A DNA stretch of 64,000 nucleotides, from the NCBI RefSeq assembly GCF_009914755.1, contig NC_060938.1; one strand, written 5' to 3'. Origin of the DNA: the human T2T-CHM13v2.0 reference genome, Homo sapiens. Shown in pieces: positions 21,280 to 34,916 of the stretch. The notes under the pieces are model-generated. The model was not told where the DNA came from. It saw only the letters and a list, made by a program, of their open reading frames with translations, and did not search any database. Made by a program: the position numbers and the translations under genes. The first letter of the stretch is position 1. Each line of letters begins with the position of its first letter.

Positions 21280-21540
21280 ATTGGGTAGCAGAGCTCGGTC
21301 ATGAAGGGTATAGATTCCGGGGTCAGAACATTTGATGCAAATCCTACCACTTATTAGCTGTGCACTTTGAGCAAATTATTTAATCTCTTAAGATTACTTA
21401 GAGATAACATCCTTATCTCCAAATAGGAATAACAGTCCTTATTGTTTGCAAAGACTGACTGAGATAATACATGTAAAGGACTCATTATGGTGCCTATCAC
21501 TTTAGGTAATAAGAGTTCAAGAGATGACAGCTGCTATTAT
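21280..21540 (+). mobile_element. MIR
   Basis: caaatcctaccacttattagctgtg...gagcaaattatttaatctct...gagataatacatgtaaag. Confidence 0.7.
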
Positions 21541-21903
21541 TATGGGCATCCCTGCTCTGAAGGCTAGAAAGTATCCCTTCTATCTTTCCAGTGTGAAAAA
21601 AGACATATCCTACAATACTAAATTAAAACATACTTTCAATAAGCTATGAAAGACAAAATGAATTTCAAATGGTTTACACCAAGTAAATGTCACTCATCAT
21701 CCTGGTAATAAGAGGCAAATAACTTTTTTTACCTTTGCTTTGTCTATGTTTTAAAGAAAGGATCTCTAATGCAATGTATAGGCAAGGAATCCTTTAGCAA
21801 CAACTTCAGAGGAGTCATTCTGACTACAGAATTTGGAAAGGACATCCCTATACACTGCTACTAGATCCAAATCTGCCGCTGCTTTAGAAAGACAGTGTCT
21901 GAG

Positions 21904-22140
21904 AGCCAGGCACGGTGGCTCACGCCTGTAATTCCCAGCACTTTGGGAGGCTGAGGTGGGCAGATCACTTGAACCCAGGAGTTTGAGACCAGCCTGGGCA
22001 ACATGGTGAAACTCTGTCTCTACTAAAAATTCAAAAAATTAGCTGGGTGTGGCAGTGGATGCCTGTAGTCTCAGCTACTGGGGAAGCTAAGGCAGGAGGA
22101 TCACTTGAACCTGGGAGGCGGAGGTTGCAGTGAGCCGAGA
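21904..22140 (+). mobile_element. Alu lacking its 3' end and tail
   Basis: Stops abruptly at gagccgaga. Confidence 0.88.
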
Positions 22141-23910
22141 AAGCGTCTGTAGAACTGCAGTTTGTAAACCTGAATTTCAAATTAAATAGCAAATGATGGT
22201 TTAAAAGAATTAACACTTCTATGATAATAGAAATCTTTGTCTTAAAAACAAATAACTTATCATAGGAATTCCAGTTTGCCAAAACTTGTATTTTCTAAAT
22301 GTTTCAAATATATGAAATAATTCCCTTTCATGTGATGAACTATACCACAGAAAAGAAACTGGAGAGAGTAAAAAAAATTTGACAACAAAAGGTTTTCATC
22401 TACTGCTGATTCAGCACTGACATAAGGAGGAAGAATCCTCAGGAGGCACTTGCTTCATCAATTTAGTCAAAACTGCAACCTGTCAAAATAATTCATTAGT
22501 GAAGAAAATTTGTTTCTCTCAGCTACCTTCTCCAAGGGAAATCACAATATGGAAAGTGTTACTACCTTTTAAACTTGTTCTAAAATCTTCCAAAAGTTAC
22601 TGATTGGAACTCTCTAGTTTCAAATCGATTATCTCAAACAGAAACTCCTCACAATAGTCTTAATTTCAGTTAATTTTCTTTCTATGGAGAAATCCTGCAA
22701 TAATTTCAAAGCCATCCTTTTAAAAACCTCCACCAGAAGAGTATCAATTTTAAAAACAAGGTAATCACTGCTCTGGTATAATGAAGCTGACAGGTTATGC
22801 AATTTAAATTAGCGATAACCAGTATCAAATCTGACACCGTGAAAGGGAAAAATGGGTTCTCAGTTCTGCAGCTTCATGTAAAAATTCACATTTTCTAGGT
22901 AATGAATCATATTTTGGCTCTACAATTAATGACACAGTATCCCAATCTATTTAGACCTCAAGAGGAAGATATTTATAGTACAGAACTTATTGTAATAATG
23001 AACAGAATGCTTTACACTTCAACTAGTAGAAATCTGCTCTTGCAAAGTCAATTAAAATCAGTCAAGAAAGTAAGAAAAAGTAAAAAGCAAAATAAAACGG
23101 AAAATATGCAGCGTCGGCCAGAAGATGGGTAAATAGGCCCTTTCATACTCTTAGCAAGTGTATGGATTAATACAATCTCTTCAAGAGGGGGCATTTGGTA
23201 ATATCTGTTAAAATGTAAAGGTCCATATCTTCAGATCCAGCTTTTCCACTTCCAGGATGTTTACTTAAAAAAATGCTCCCATAAACACACAAAGAGATTA
23301 TGTACAAGAGAATACTTGTACAGTATCCTAATTTTAAAAACATAAAACCAAATGAACTCAAAGATCTACTGATAGGAAACTGGGTAAATACACTATGGGG
23401 CAGCCATTAAACGAAAACCGGGGCATCGTCAACACGGAAGGAATTAAAGGTCCCTAGAGAGTAGTGAAGCCAGGGAAGAGGATCAAAGGCTGAGTCCTGA
23501 GGCAAGCTCATGTTTCAAGATCAGACAAATTCTAAGGAACCAGCAGCCAACTGAAGAAAGTATCTTCAGGGAAAAGAACACTAGTGAGGGGTTAAGATGA
23601 GGATCAGGAACCGACCAGGTATTCAGCAATTAGAATGTGACTAGTGGAGAAGAGTAGATTTAGCAGTCTGGAGGAGGCTCAAGCCTTGCTGGAGCTGGAT
23701 TACAGAACAGGAAGAGAGAAAGGGAAATCAGTGATTATAGAGAACGATTTCAAAGAATTATGCTATAAAGGGGAGTAGAGGAGTGGGATGGTAGCTGGAG
23801 GGGGACTAAGGGATACAAGATTTTTGTTTTTAACAGATAAGATATTACAGTATGCTTGAACATTGAAGGAAAGAATCCAAGACAAAAAAGGTAAACATAG
23901 CTAGAATGCT

Positions 23911-23912
<2 letters not shown>

Positions 23913-23970
<58 letters not shown>
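23913..23970. repeat. Compound (CT)n(AT)n microsatellite
   Basis: Directly visible. Confidence 0.97.
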
Positions 23971-25487
23971 GACAATTAAAGGCTAGGGGAATATAAGCAC
24001 ATCTTTTTCTCACTTTAAATTGTAAAATCAAAACAGAAAACTAAAAGTTAATTTCTTGATCTATACAGATAAACATAATTTAGCTTTGCAAATTTCTCAT
24101 TTTAAGAACTTTTACAGTTTACATAGGTGATATTTAAATAAGAAAATTATCTATTAGGCTGTCTCTCTGAAACAATCTGGTACTTCCAAACATAGAGTAC
24201 TAAGTAGCATATGAATCAAATATACCTGTAGTCAAAGATAGCTGAGAAACAATTATTTAATGTTAAAAAGCTACCAACCTCAAGACAACTGTCATAGTGT
24301 TCATCAATTTTAGTAAACACCAACATAAAAGCTCAACCAAGCAAACGATTGTCACCAAAAAAAATCTCCCAAGGACTATGAACAAAGCACCAGTACATAT
24401 GGTTTAAAGGAAACAAAGTACCTGACTTAAAGTAAGTGATATAGGCCAAATGATACAGGCAATATTTTACTGTTGTCTGGGAATATGCTATAGTAATATT
24501 TTGGGGAAAATACCAATGGTATGTAATTTGCTACAGACTGCTTTCACCAAAAGTTGAAAACTGCTAAATAAGGTCTAGAAACTATCTTTGTAAATAAACA
24601 CACGCTATACGAAGAAAGCCACCACTTTACAGATTAAAATGTATTTTTCAGAAGATGTATTCATATGCAGAATGAACAAAACGTTAAGATCAGGGTTCAT
24701 ACAAAGCTCAGCTCTTTCTGTGAGAAGCAACTAATCATTTTAAAATACAAAGAGAAAGCAGCACAATCACTGGCCCATGTGACCAGAATAAAGTGGCAAA
24801 CTTCATATTAATCAGGTGACAGGCACTGTCAAAAACCATCCAGAGTAAAACTTGCTCAGGAAAGCTGCTGTTTAAGAACAGTGGGTTTCTCTAAACAACG
24901 GCTTTAAAGACACGTGAGTTTTCAAAGCTGTGGTGTGGCTGGGATCTACAAGGATGGTCTCCTAAAGGAGTTTCCTTGCACAAATAATTTGCTTGTAAAA
25001 CCAAATCAAACCAAAGAAACAATAACAAAAAAAGCCTTTTCATGAAAGTCAGGACCTGTTGCAGGCAACTGCCTATTCTTCTATCTTCTGTTTAATATGA
25101 TTGCTAGGTTAAAGGTCGTTCCTTCCCTGCCATCCCCATTTAAGCAACAATGAAGTAGAAATGCCATTCTGTTGCTCAACAAACTTGCTTCAGAACCCAA
25201 TTTTAAGCAAGATGTAGTCAGTTTAAACTCAGTTCCTTTTGTGCCATTTGAAATAGATCAAGATGCCAATTACTCTATTTTTCTTTTTTAAGGCTATAAG
25301 GATGTGTTTACTGCAGAGACAAACAGTAAGAAAGTATACAAAATTAAAGAAAAATGACAGTTATCTTTACCTATCACTTCAAGTTATTTCTGTCAAGAGG
25401 TAATGACAGTTACTGAAAAAAGAAGTTCTGGACCTTTTTCATTTGCAAACTTATTTTTACAAATGGCTTCTTTTCACATAAAGGATT

Positions 25488-25761
25488 TGTGATGGTTTAA
25501 TTTTGTGTGTCAACCTGGCTGGGCCATAGTGCCCAGATATTGAGTATATCATTGTTCTGGAAGTTTCTATGAAGGTGATTTTTGGATGAAATTATTTAAA
25601 TTGGTGGACTTTGAGTAAAGCAGATTATCCTCCATGATGTGGACAGACCTCACCCAATCAGTTGAAGGACTGAGCAGAATGAAGACTGAACCCTATGAGG
25701 AAGAAATTCTCCAAGCAAATGGCCTTTGGTTCTGTTTCTCTGGAGAACTGTGACTAATACA
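25488..25761 (+). mobile_element. MLT2-like ERVL LTR, internally deleted
   Basis: tgtgatggtttaattttgtgtgtcaacctggctggg ... tctgtttctctggagaac..gactaataca. Confidence 0.75.
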
Positions 25762-26409
25762 GGATCATACTAACTGAACTACTTTTCAATAGGACATTTT
25801 TTTGCTTAACATATCATTGACATTCTTGTAGGTGGCAGACAGGGCAGACTGCCTCATTACTGATTCTGAACCACTTCCCCAGGAGAAATAGTTTCAGAAT
25901 TCTCCTAGTGTCTTCTGAAAATGCTTCTGCTCTTCTGATGCAGGCAACACTTCTTCCTGAGGACCCAGGCCCTGAAGGTGCAGCCACTATCAGATTTGAC
26001 CACATGGAACAAACATGAGGATGAAGCCAGTCTACTGAGGAGCTGAACAGGAAGAAAGGGAGAGCTGGAGTCTCTGATGGCACAAGTCCTGAACTGCCTA
26101 TCTGTGAGTTCTAGTTACATGAGCCAAATAAACTTCTGGTTCTGCCATTGTCTGATGGATTTTTTTATTTACAACAAAACCTGTTCCTTTTAAAATGGCT
26201 ATGGGTATTCTATAATAGGGAATACCACAATGTAATCATTCTCCTTATGATGGCGTTTTAATTATTCATTCATGATCAACAAATGTTTATTGAGATGATA
26301 TGCAGAAAACAGTTAACACAGCAAGCCTGACTAGTTATCTTTTGAAAGACCGCTTATCATGTGGCCCTCGGCTGCTATCTACAAACTTAGATTTTGGAAG
26401 GGTTCCCAC

Positions 26410-27003
26410 TGAGAGGTGAAGCCAGCTGGGCTTCTGGGTCAGGTGGGGACTTGGAGAACTTTTCTGTCTAGCTAAAGGATTGTAAACACACCAATCAGCA
26501 CTCTGTGTCTAGCTGAAAGTTTGTACATGCACCAATCAGCACTCTGTAAGAACGCACCAATCAGTGCTCTGTGTCTAGCTAAAGGTTTGTAAACGCACCA
26601 ATCAGCTCTCTGTAAAATGGACCAATCAGCGCTCCGTAAAATGGACCAATTAGCAGGACATGGGCAGGGCCAAATAAGGGAATAAAAGCTGGCCACCTGA
26701 GCCAGCAGTGGCAACCCCCTCGGGTCCCCTTCCACACTGTGAAAGCTTTGTTCTTTCGCTCTTCACAATAAATCTTGTTGCTGCTCACTCTTTGGGTCCG
26801 CACTACCTTTATGAGCTCTAACACTCACTGCGAAGGTCTGCGGCTTCACTCCTGAAGTCAGTGAGACCACGAACCCACAGGAGGAACAAACAACTCCAGA
26901 CGCGCCACCTTAAGAACTGTAACACTCACCGCGAGAGTCCGTGGCTTCATTCTTGAAGTCAGCGAGACCAAGAACCCACCAGAAGGAATAAATTCTGGAC
27001 ACA
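26410..27003 (+). mobile_element. LTR12-family 5' LTR of HERV9
   Basis: TGAGAGGTGAAGCCAGCTGG start, six CCAAT repeats, AATAAA, ends ggacaca; followed by PBS tggcacccacgaagggac (tRNA-Arg-like). Confidence 0.92.
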
Positions 27004-30000
27004 TTTTGGCACCCACGAAGGGACAATCAGCAAGCAGTGAGTACCATCAGACCCCTTTCGTTTGCTATTCTGTCCTATTTTTCCTTAGAATTCGGGGGCT
27101 AAATACTGGCACCTGTCAGCCAGTTAAAAGCGACTAGCGCGGCCGCCGGACTAAAGACACGGATGTCAGGCTTTCTGGGAAAGAGCTCTCTAACCACCCC
27201 CAACTCTTCGGAATTGGGAGCGTTGGTTTGCCTGGAACCAGCTTCCGCTTTCCCTGTACTTCTCGGCTGAGCCAAGGGTGGACAGAGAGGAAAGCCATTC
27301 AGCTCCGGGGTCCCGACAAGTTTGTTGACCCTGTGGCCATGAGCGGAACTCTCGAAGTCACGTCGCCCAAGTGAGACTCGCCCATCTATCCTATCTATCC
27401 TGACCCTTGCTTCCTGGGTCCTAATGCTTGTCAGACAAACTTCCTCTCGCCTCTCTTCTCTGAGGCTAGTCCTGCTTCTAAAACAACTCCCTGTCTCTGG
27501 TGCTTTTCTAGTTTCTCCTATGAGAATGATTTCTAGTATATACTCCAGGACTCTATTCCCTTCTTTAGGCACCTGGGCTCACTAACCAGAAAGACACAAT
27601 TTTTGCCCAAAGCCCCATCGGGGCGGGGGACTAACTTATCTGTAATTTTAGGATCCCTCCTCAGGGTAGCAGGCCTAACAAAAGCTATTCCTGAAGCTAG
27701 GATATGGGGAGCCTCAGAAATGATATCCTTCCTATTCAAGTGAGGACAAAAGGCATCACTCTTCCAACTCTGGAGATCCCTCCCCTCCCTTAGGGTATGG
27801 CCCTCCACTTCATTTTCAGGGCATAACATCTTTATAGGACATGGGTAAAATCCCACTACTAACAGGAGAATGCTTAGGACTCTAACAGCTTTTCAAGAAT
27901 GCGTTGTTAAGGGTCACTAAATCCGATTTTTCTCAGTCCTCTTTGGGGTCTAGGAGGACAGACAAGAGTGCAGGATTTTGAGAATGCGTTGGTAAGGGCC
28001 ACTAAATCCAATCTTCCTTGGTCCTCTTTGTGGTCTAGGAGGAAAACTAGTGTTTCTGCTGCTTTGTCAGTGAGCGCAACTATTCTGATCCGGAGGGTCC
28101 AGGGACCCTTGTGGGTTCTTGGGCAGGGAGAGAAACAAACCAAAACCGCGGGCGGTTCTGTCTTTCAGATGGGAAACAGGCATCAATAGGCTCACCCTTG
28201 AAATGCATCCTAAGCCATTGGGACCAATTTGACCCATAAACCCTGAAAAAGAGGCAGCTCATTTTTTTCTGCACTATGGCCTGGCCCCAATATTCTCTCT
28301 GATGGGGAAAAATGGTCACCTGAGGGAAGTATCAATTACAATACTATCTTGCAGCTTGACCTTTTCTGTAAGAGGGAAGGCAAATGGAGTGAAATACCTT
28401 ATGTCCAAGCTTTCTTTTCATTGAAGGAGAATCCACAACTATGCAAAGCTTACAATTTACATCCCACAGGAGGACCTCTTAGCTTACCTCCATATCCTAG
28501 CCTCCCTATAGCTCCCCTTCCTATTAATGATAAGCCTCCTCTAATCTCCCCTGCCCAGAAGGAAACAAGCAAAGAAATCTCCAAAGGACCACAAACCCCC
28601 ACAGGCTATTGGTTATGTCCCCTTCAAGCTGTAGGGGAGGGGAATTTGGCCCAACCTGGGTACATGTCCCCTCCTCCCTCTCTGATTTAAAGCAGATCAA
28701 GGCAGACCTGGGGAAGCTTTCAGATGATCCTGATAGGTATACAGATGTCCTACAGGGTCTAGGGCAAACCTTCGATCTCACTTGGAGAGATGTTATGTTA
28801 TTGTTAGATCAAACCCTGGCCTTTAATGAAAAGAATGCAGCTTTAGCTGCAGCCTGAGAGTTTGGAGACACCTGGTATCTTAGTCAAGTAAATGACAGAC
28901 TGACAGCTGAAGAAAGGGACAAATTCCCTACCAGTCAGCAAGCCGTCCCCAGTATGGATCCCCACTGGGATCTAGACTCAGATCATGGGGACTGGAGTCA
29001 TAAACATCTGCTGACCTGTGTTCTAGAAGGACTAAGGAAAATTAGGAAAAAGCCCATGAATTATTCAATGATGTCCACCATAACTCAGGGAAAGGAAGAA
29101 AATCCTTCTGCCTTCCTCAAGAGGCCTTAAGAGAACATATTCCCCTGTCACCTGACTCACTTGAGGGTCAATTGATTCTAAAGGGTAAGTTTATTACCCA
29201 ATCAGCCGCAGATATCAGAAGAAAGCTCCAAAAGTGAGCCCTGGGCCCCGAACAAAATCTGGAGGCATTAATAAACCTGGCAACCTTGGTGTTCTATAAT
29301 AGGGACCAAGAGGAACAGGCCAAAAAGGAAAAGTGAGATCAGAGAAAGGCTGCAGCCTTAGTCATGGCCCTCCAGACAAACAAACCTTGGTGGTTCAAAG
29401 AGGACAGAAAATAGAGGAGGCCAATCACCTGGTGGGGCTTGTTATCAGTGTGGTTTGCAAGGACACTTTAAAAAATTGTCCAGTGAGAAACAAGCTGCCC
29501 CCTCGCCCATGTCCACTATGCCGAGGCAATCACTGGAAGGTGCACTGCCCCAGAGGACAAAGGTTCTCTGGACCAGAAGCCCCCAACCAGATGATCCAAC
29601 AACAGGACTGAGGGTGCCCAGGCCAAGCGCCAGCTCACGTCATCACCCTCACCGAGCCCCGGGTACGTTTAACCATTGAGGGCCAGGAAATTGACTTCCT
29701 CCTGGACACTGTGGCCTTCTCAGTGTTAACCTCCTGTCCCAGACAACTGTCCTCAAGGACCGTTACCAACCGAGGAATCCTGGGACAGCCTGTAACCAGG
29801 TATTTCTCCCACCTCCTCAGTTGTAATTGGGAGACTTTGCTCTTTTCACATGCCTTTGTTATGCCTGGAAGTCCCAGGACCCTTATTAGGGAGCGATATA
29901 TTAGCCAAAGCTGGAGCTATTATCTACATGAATATGGGGAACAAGTTACCCATTTGTTGTCCCCTGCTTAAGGAGGGAATCAACCCTGAAGTCTGGGCAT

Positions 30001-30024
30001 TAGAAGGAACAAATTCCGGACACG
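27004..30024 (+). mobile_element. HERV9 internal region (leader, decayed gag, pro, start of pol) fused to the 3' LTR tip
   Basis: ORF pieces QLDLFCKREGKWSEIPYVQAFF, DLKQIKADLGKLSDDPDRY, zinc knuckle CPLCRGNHWKVHC, protease FLLDT, GINPEVWALEG; many stops and frameshifts. Confidence 0.92.
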
Positions 30025-31371
30025 CCACCATTCTAACTTATAAAAGTGTACGGAGCCCAAACCGTACAAACATGTGGTTTACACGCAATACTACCCATTT
30101 TTCTTCTGGGATTCTACAGTTTTGGTACATGCTAGCAGAGGGTGATTACAAACTAGTTTTCAATAAAAACTCCAGGCACTGGGTCTCTAACAAGCCTCCC
30201 TGGTAGACAACATTTCACATGCGTTGTTACAATTTGCCGCTGGGGTAATTAAGTGATCCTGCATCAGTTCTGAGGGAGAGGACCCTTGGAAGCTTCTACC
30301 TTGTTTCCTCCAGACTTCCCCCCCATGTACCTTGCACCTGTGCTGATTTTGCTTTGTCCCCTTTTGCTGTAATAAATCATAGCTGTGAAGGCAACTATAT
30401 GTCAAATCCCCCTACCAAATCATTAAACCTGGGGATGGTTTAGGGGTTCCCTGACACAGATGCATTAGAAGTGGGATTTGCTAGAATGACCCTGACTCAC
30501 TGATATATGGTGAAAGCGTTAAGAAGAGGAAGGCTAAAGGGCAGAATATGATGAATCTCTGGGGCCTGAGTGGTCATGGAGTCATCCACAGTATGAAGCA
30601 GTAGCTGAGCTGCTGTTTGTTGAGAGCCATAGAATCTGAAAGTAAAAGATCCAGCTCCAGGAAAGCTGGCTTGCTGGATGCCCCTGACTGCTTTTAGTCC
30701 TGCTGGCTAAAATGAGGGAAAAGGCAGTGTATTGCAGGTGAGGCCTGTAGTTTTTGTTCTCTCTTCTAGATGGGAAGAGAAAGGACCCCCAAATTCCCAA
30801 GGATGGGCCAAACCAAAAACGTTACAAGTTTGAACTGCTCTCTTTAAAAAGTTAAATCTGGTCTGGAACAAAATTTTAGATAAACCAGAAAACAAACAAA
30901 AAAACTGGGGGAGGTAACAATCCAGCAGTTTTTTTTCAGCCTGGCTGCTGCTCTTGCTACAATATCCTCCCCCACCTCCCTTCCTCCACTGCATTCCAGG
31001 ATCTTCCCTGGCAGCTGTAATGTTAACAGTGCAAACACTGAATTTACTGCTAGGAGGCTGAGTAAACTGCAGTAGGGAGAAAAAAGAAAAAGAAGAATAT
31101 TTTTAAAATAGCTTTATATTTTGTGGCTATTGCATCTAGATGTATTGTAAAAATTAAAATAAAATGTTAAACACCTGTAATTTTGTAAATACCAGAGGAA
31201 TAATCCTGATCAGGGGAAGCTGCAAAAAAATGTTTAGTGGGACACAACTTCCTTGCTTTTTGCTGCCAGTGAGAGGACTGGAATTTGAACTCTTTTGAGT
31301 TTTGGAAACAGAGTATCTGTAATTGATGGTTTGCTTCCAGGGTTACCATGTGTACCCTCTGGGACTGAACT

Positions 31372-31710
<339 letters not shown>

Positions 31711-31738
31711 TAGGCCACAGTTGTGCTGCAGCTGATTA

Positions 31739-32159
<421 letters not shown>

Positions 32160-34916
32160 CTATTGTTTTTCTAAGATAGACCATTATGATAAATGGGAAT
32201 TGTTTTAACTGGCTAAGTCCAGGCCTCCTAAAAGGCATACCTAAAATCAATATTGCAGGCTGGTCTCACTACTATCTGGGTCTTATTGGTAACTCTGCTA
32301 TAAAGATGCCTTGGCCAATGACCTAGGGAGTAGACTGTGCAGAGAAGAGTTAAAAAAACAGACATAAACTTCTCTCTTTGAGAAGGCTGGCTTCCAAGGT
32401 TGGCCCTTGGTTAGCATCTGGAAATTTAGATTTCTGGAGAGTTCTCACCATCCTACAGATAAGAGTGGCTCACCCAAACTGTACAATGTTGAACACCTGC
32501 TTTCCTTCTGCAAGTTTGGTACATGCCAGGAAGAGACTGCCAACTTAACCAGCCCCCAATAAAAACTCTAGTTCTCTAATAAGCTACCTGGGTGGAAAAC
32601 ATTTCACATGTGTTATCTTAACTTGTTGCTGCTGGATTTAAGCACTCCGTGTGACTCCTCCGGGAGAGGACCCTTGAAAGCTTACATCTGGTTTCCCCTA
32701 CACTTCATTCCATACTTTTCCTTTGCTGATTTTGCCTTCTAGTCTTCCACTATGACAAATTATAGCTGTGAACACAACTCTACACTGAGTCCTTTGAGTC
32801 AGCATAGATTTACTAGGAACACTTCCTACCAAATTACTGCACCTGAGGGTGTGGTCTTGGGGTTCCCCAACACAACTGGGAATAAGTGTGAAATATTCAA
32901 GAAATAGCAAGAGGGCAAGTTTGGTGGGAGTCACCTAAAGGGGAGTGGCAGAAGAGTTAGTTAAAGAGACAGGAAGGGCCTGATGTCAGGCCTTGTAAAT
33001 AGAAGAAGTTTGGATTTTACTTTGAGTAGGACCGGAAGCCAAAGGAGGTTTCTGAGCAGGAAGTAGTCTCAGTCTGGCTGCTGTTAGGGAACTGATAGTG
33101 GGGGAAAGAGCAAAAGGAAGAAGGCCAGATAGGAAGCTCTTACATATAGTAAACACTTTGGTTCAGGAACCACTTCAGAAAGGAGAAAACCTACATTTAT
33201 TTTTAAGAATGAACAGAAATTTGTGACAGTGGATTTGGGCAAAGGAATGAGGAAGGCATCCTAAACAGTGAGGAGAATCTGTACAAAGGCCCAGGGGCAT
33301 AAACTGTTATGTTGTGTTTGGAGAACAGAAAAGGGTTTTGTATTGCTGAAAAAGGCTGCTTAGGGAAGGGGTACACTGAAGGCTCTGTGAATCATGCTAA
33401 GGACTGCATACTTCATCTCTCAGGCAAACAGGGAAGTAATGGAGGCCTGTAAACAGGGGAGTTATGGGGTCAAATTTGAGTTTGAGAAAGATTAATATGG
33501 TAGCAACATGATTGAGAGGCTGACAAAGGGCAAAAGTTTCAAAGTAACTGTCACATAACCCAGTTCTAGTGTAGCTGGAACTGTACACAGAGCCATATAT
33601 ATGCAATTTATGTCATATATATGCATAAGTACTTAAGCATTTTCATATATTAAGAATAAATTAAAAACAAATCTAAATCATTATTGAAAAGTGAAAACTG
33701 GTACAAATTAATCTAAATGTTTATAAAGTTGTTGATATAACCAGAGAATTATTAGTGATTTTAAAACACTGTATTATTACAAGTCCCTAGCAAAATATAT
33801 ACCAAGAATAAGAAGGACCATAAAGGAATCTTGGGCTGCATTCTGTGGTCCCACAGTTAGTGGTAAGGGCCACTGTTATTTTGAAACTATATATGCATAT
33901 TTATTATGATAAAACAAAATAACATTAATGTCATTAGGTACTAAGATTTTCAGCACCAGTGAAAGGAGATAACACAAAAGAAGCAAAAACTCTGATAAGG
34001 TGGAAAGGGCTCGCAGCAGACCTGTAGTCTGTTCTTTCTTCTCACTGGCCCAAAACAGAGTGAGCAGATACCTCTCTCCAAGCATCATCAAATCACCTTA
34101 GAAATATGGTAAAGAGAGACCTCTGGCAAACACACTGAAGGTATTTACTATTGGAAGAGTCCTTGCTTATGAAATGCTTCAGCAGGATGAACTTGATCTG
34201 TCTACATTGCTCATTATACAAAAACCTGGGATGTATGTAGGCATGACTCTCTAGAAAATATCACATACACTATGTAATTATCAAAGAAGAAACCAGTGAT
34301 GTCTCATGTCGGAAACAGCTTTCTTTCGTGGAATTGACACTCTACAGGCATTACTTAGAGGCCTTGAGTGTTGAACTCTGGGCTGGAGCACAGTCTAATT
34401 GAGGAAAGAAACGACCCGAGAGCAGCTCTGGCAGTCACAGACTTCTCTACACCCCGCTCACGTCTTATGATAATTTTATCTTTGAAAATATTTGCCAAGC
34501 TTGATACTAGGTTAGGATCTCTGATTCTTGTAAGTTCAATTTGTCAATCTGATTTTTGTTATCTTGCCTGTAATATTTAATTTGAACTAGAAGTTATCGG
34601 TATGAAAGATACATTTCCTAACCCAATGCACCAAAAAGGCCTATAAGTAATGAAAATTTAGCAATGCAGATCACTGGTGCTTATATTATCTAACCCACCA
34701 AAAGCAATCTGGGTTCCTTGGAGAAATAGCTGACTTTCATTTCTGGGTCAAGAAATGTACAAAATAAGTTTAGGACATCCTTGTTCTGCCTGGAAAAAAA
34801 AAGTTACGAAAGATCACCAGGATCTAGTCAAAAAGACAAAGGAATGATTACCAATGGCCAAAAAAGGAAAATTCTGAGCAATCAACAAAAAAGAATGATT
34901 GCAATGAACAAAAATA

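Noticed and set aside
26470-26655. Regularly spaced ccaatcagc repeats resembling a CRISPR-like array
   Set aside because: Normal LTR12 U3 tandem CCAAT repeats; spacers are mutually similar and the context is eukaryotic
27099-27856. 157-aa and 107-aa minus-strand ORFs
   Set aside because: Antisense to the HERV9 leader; no recognisable domain
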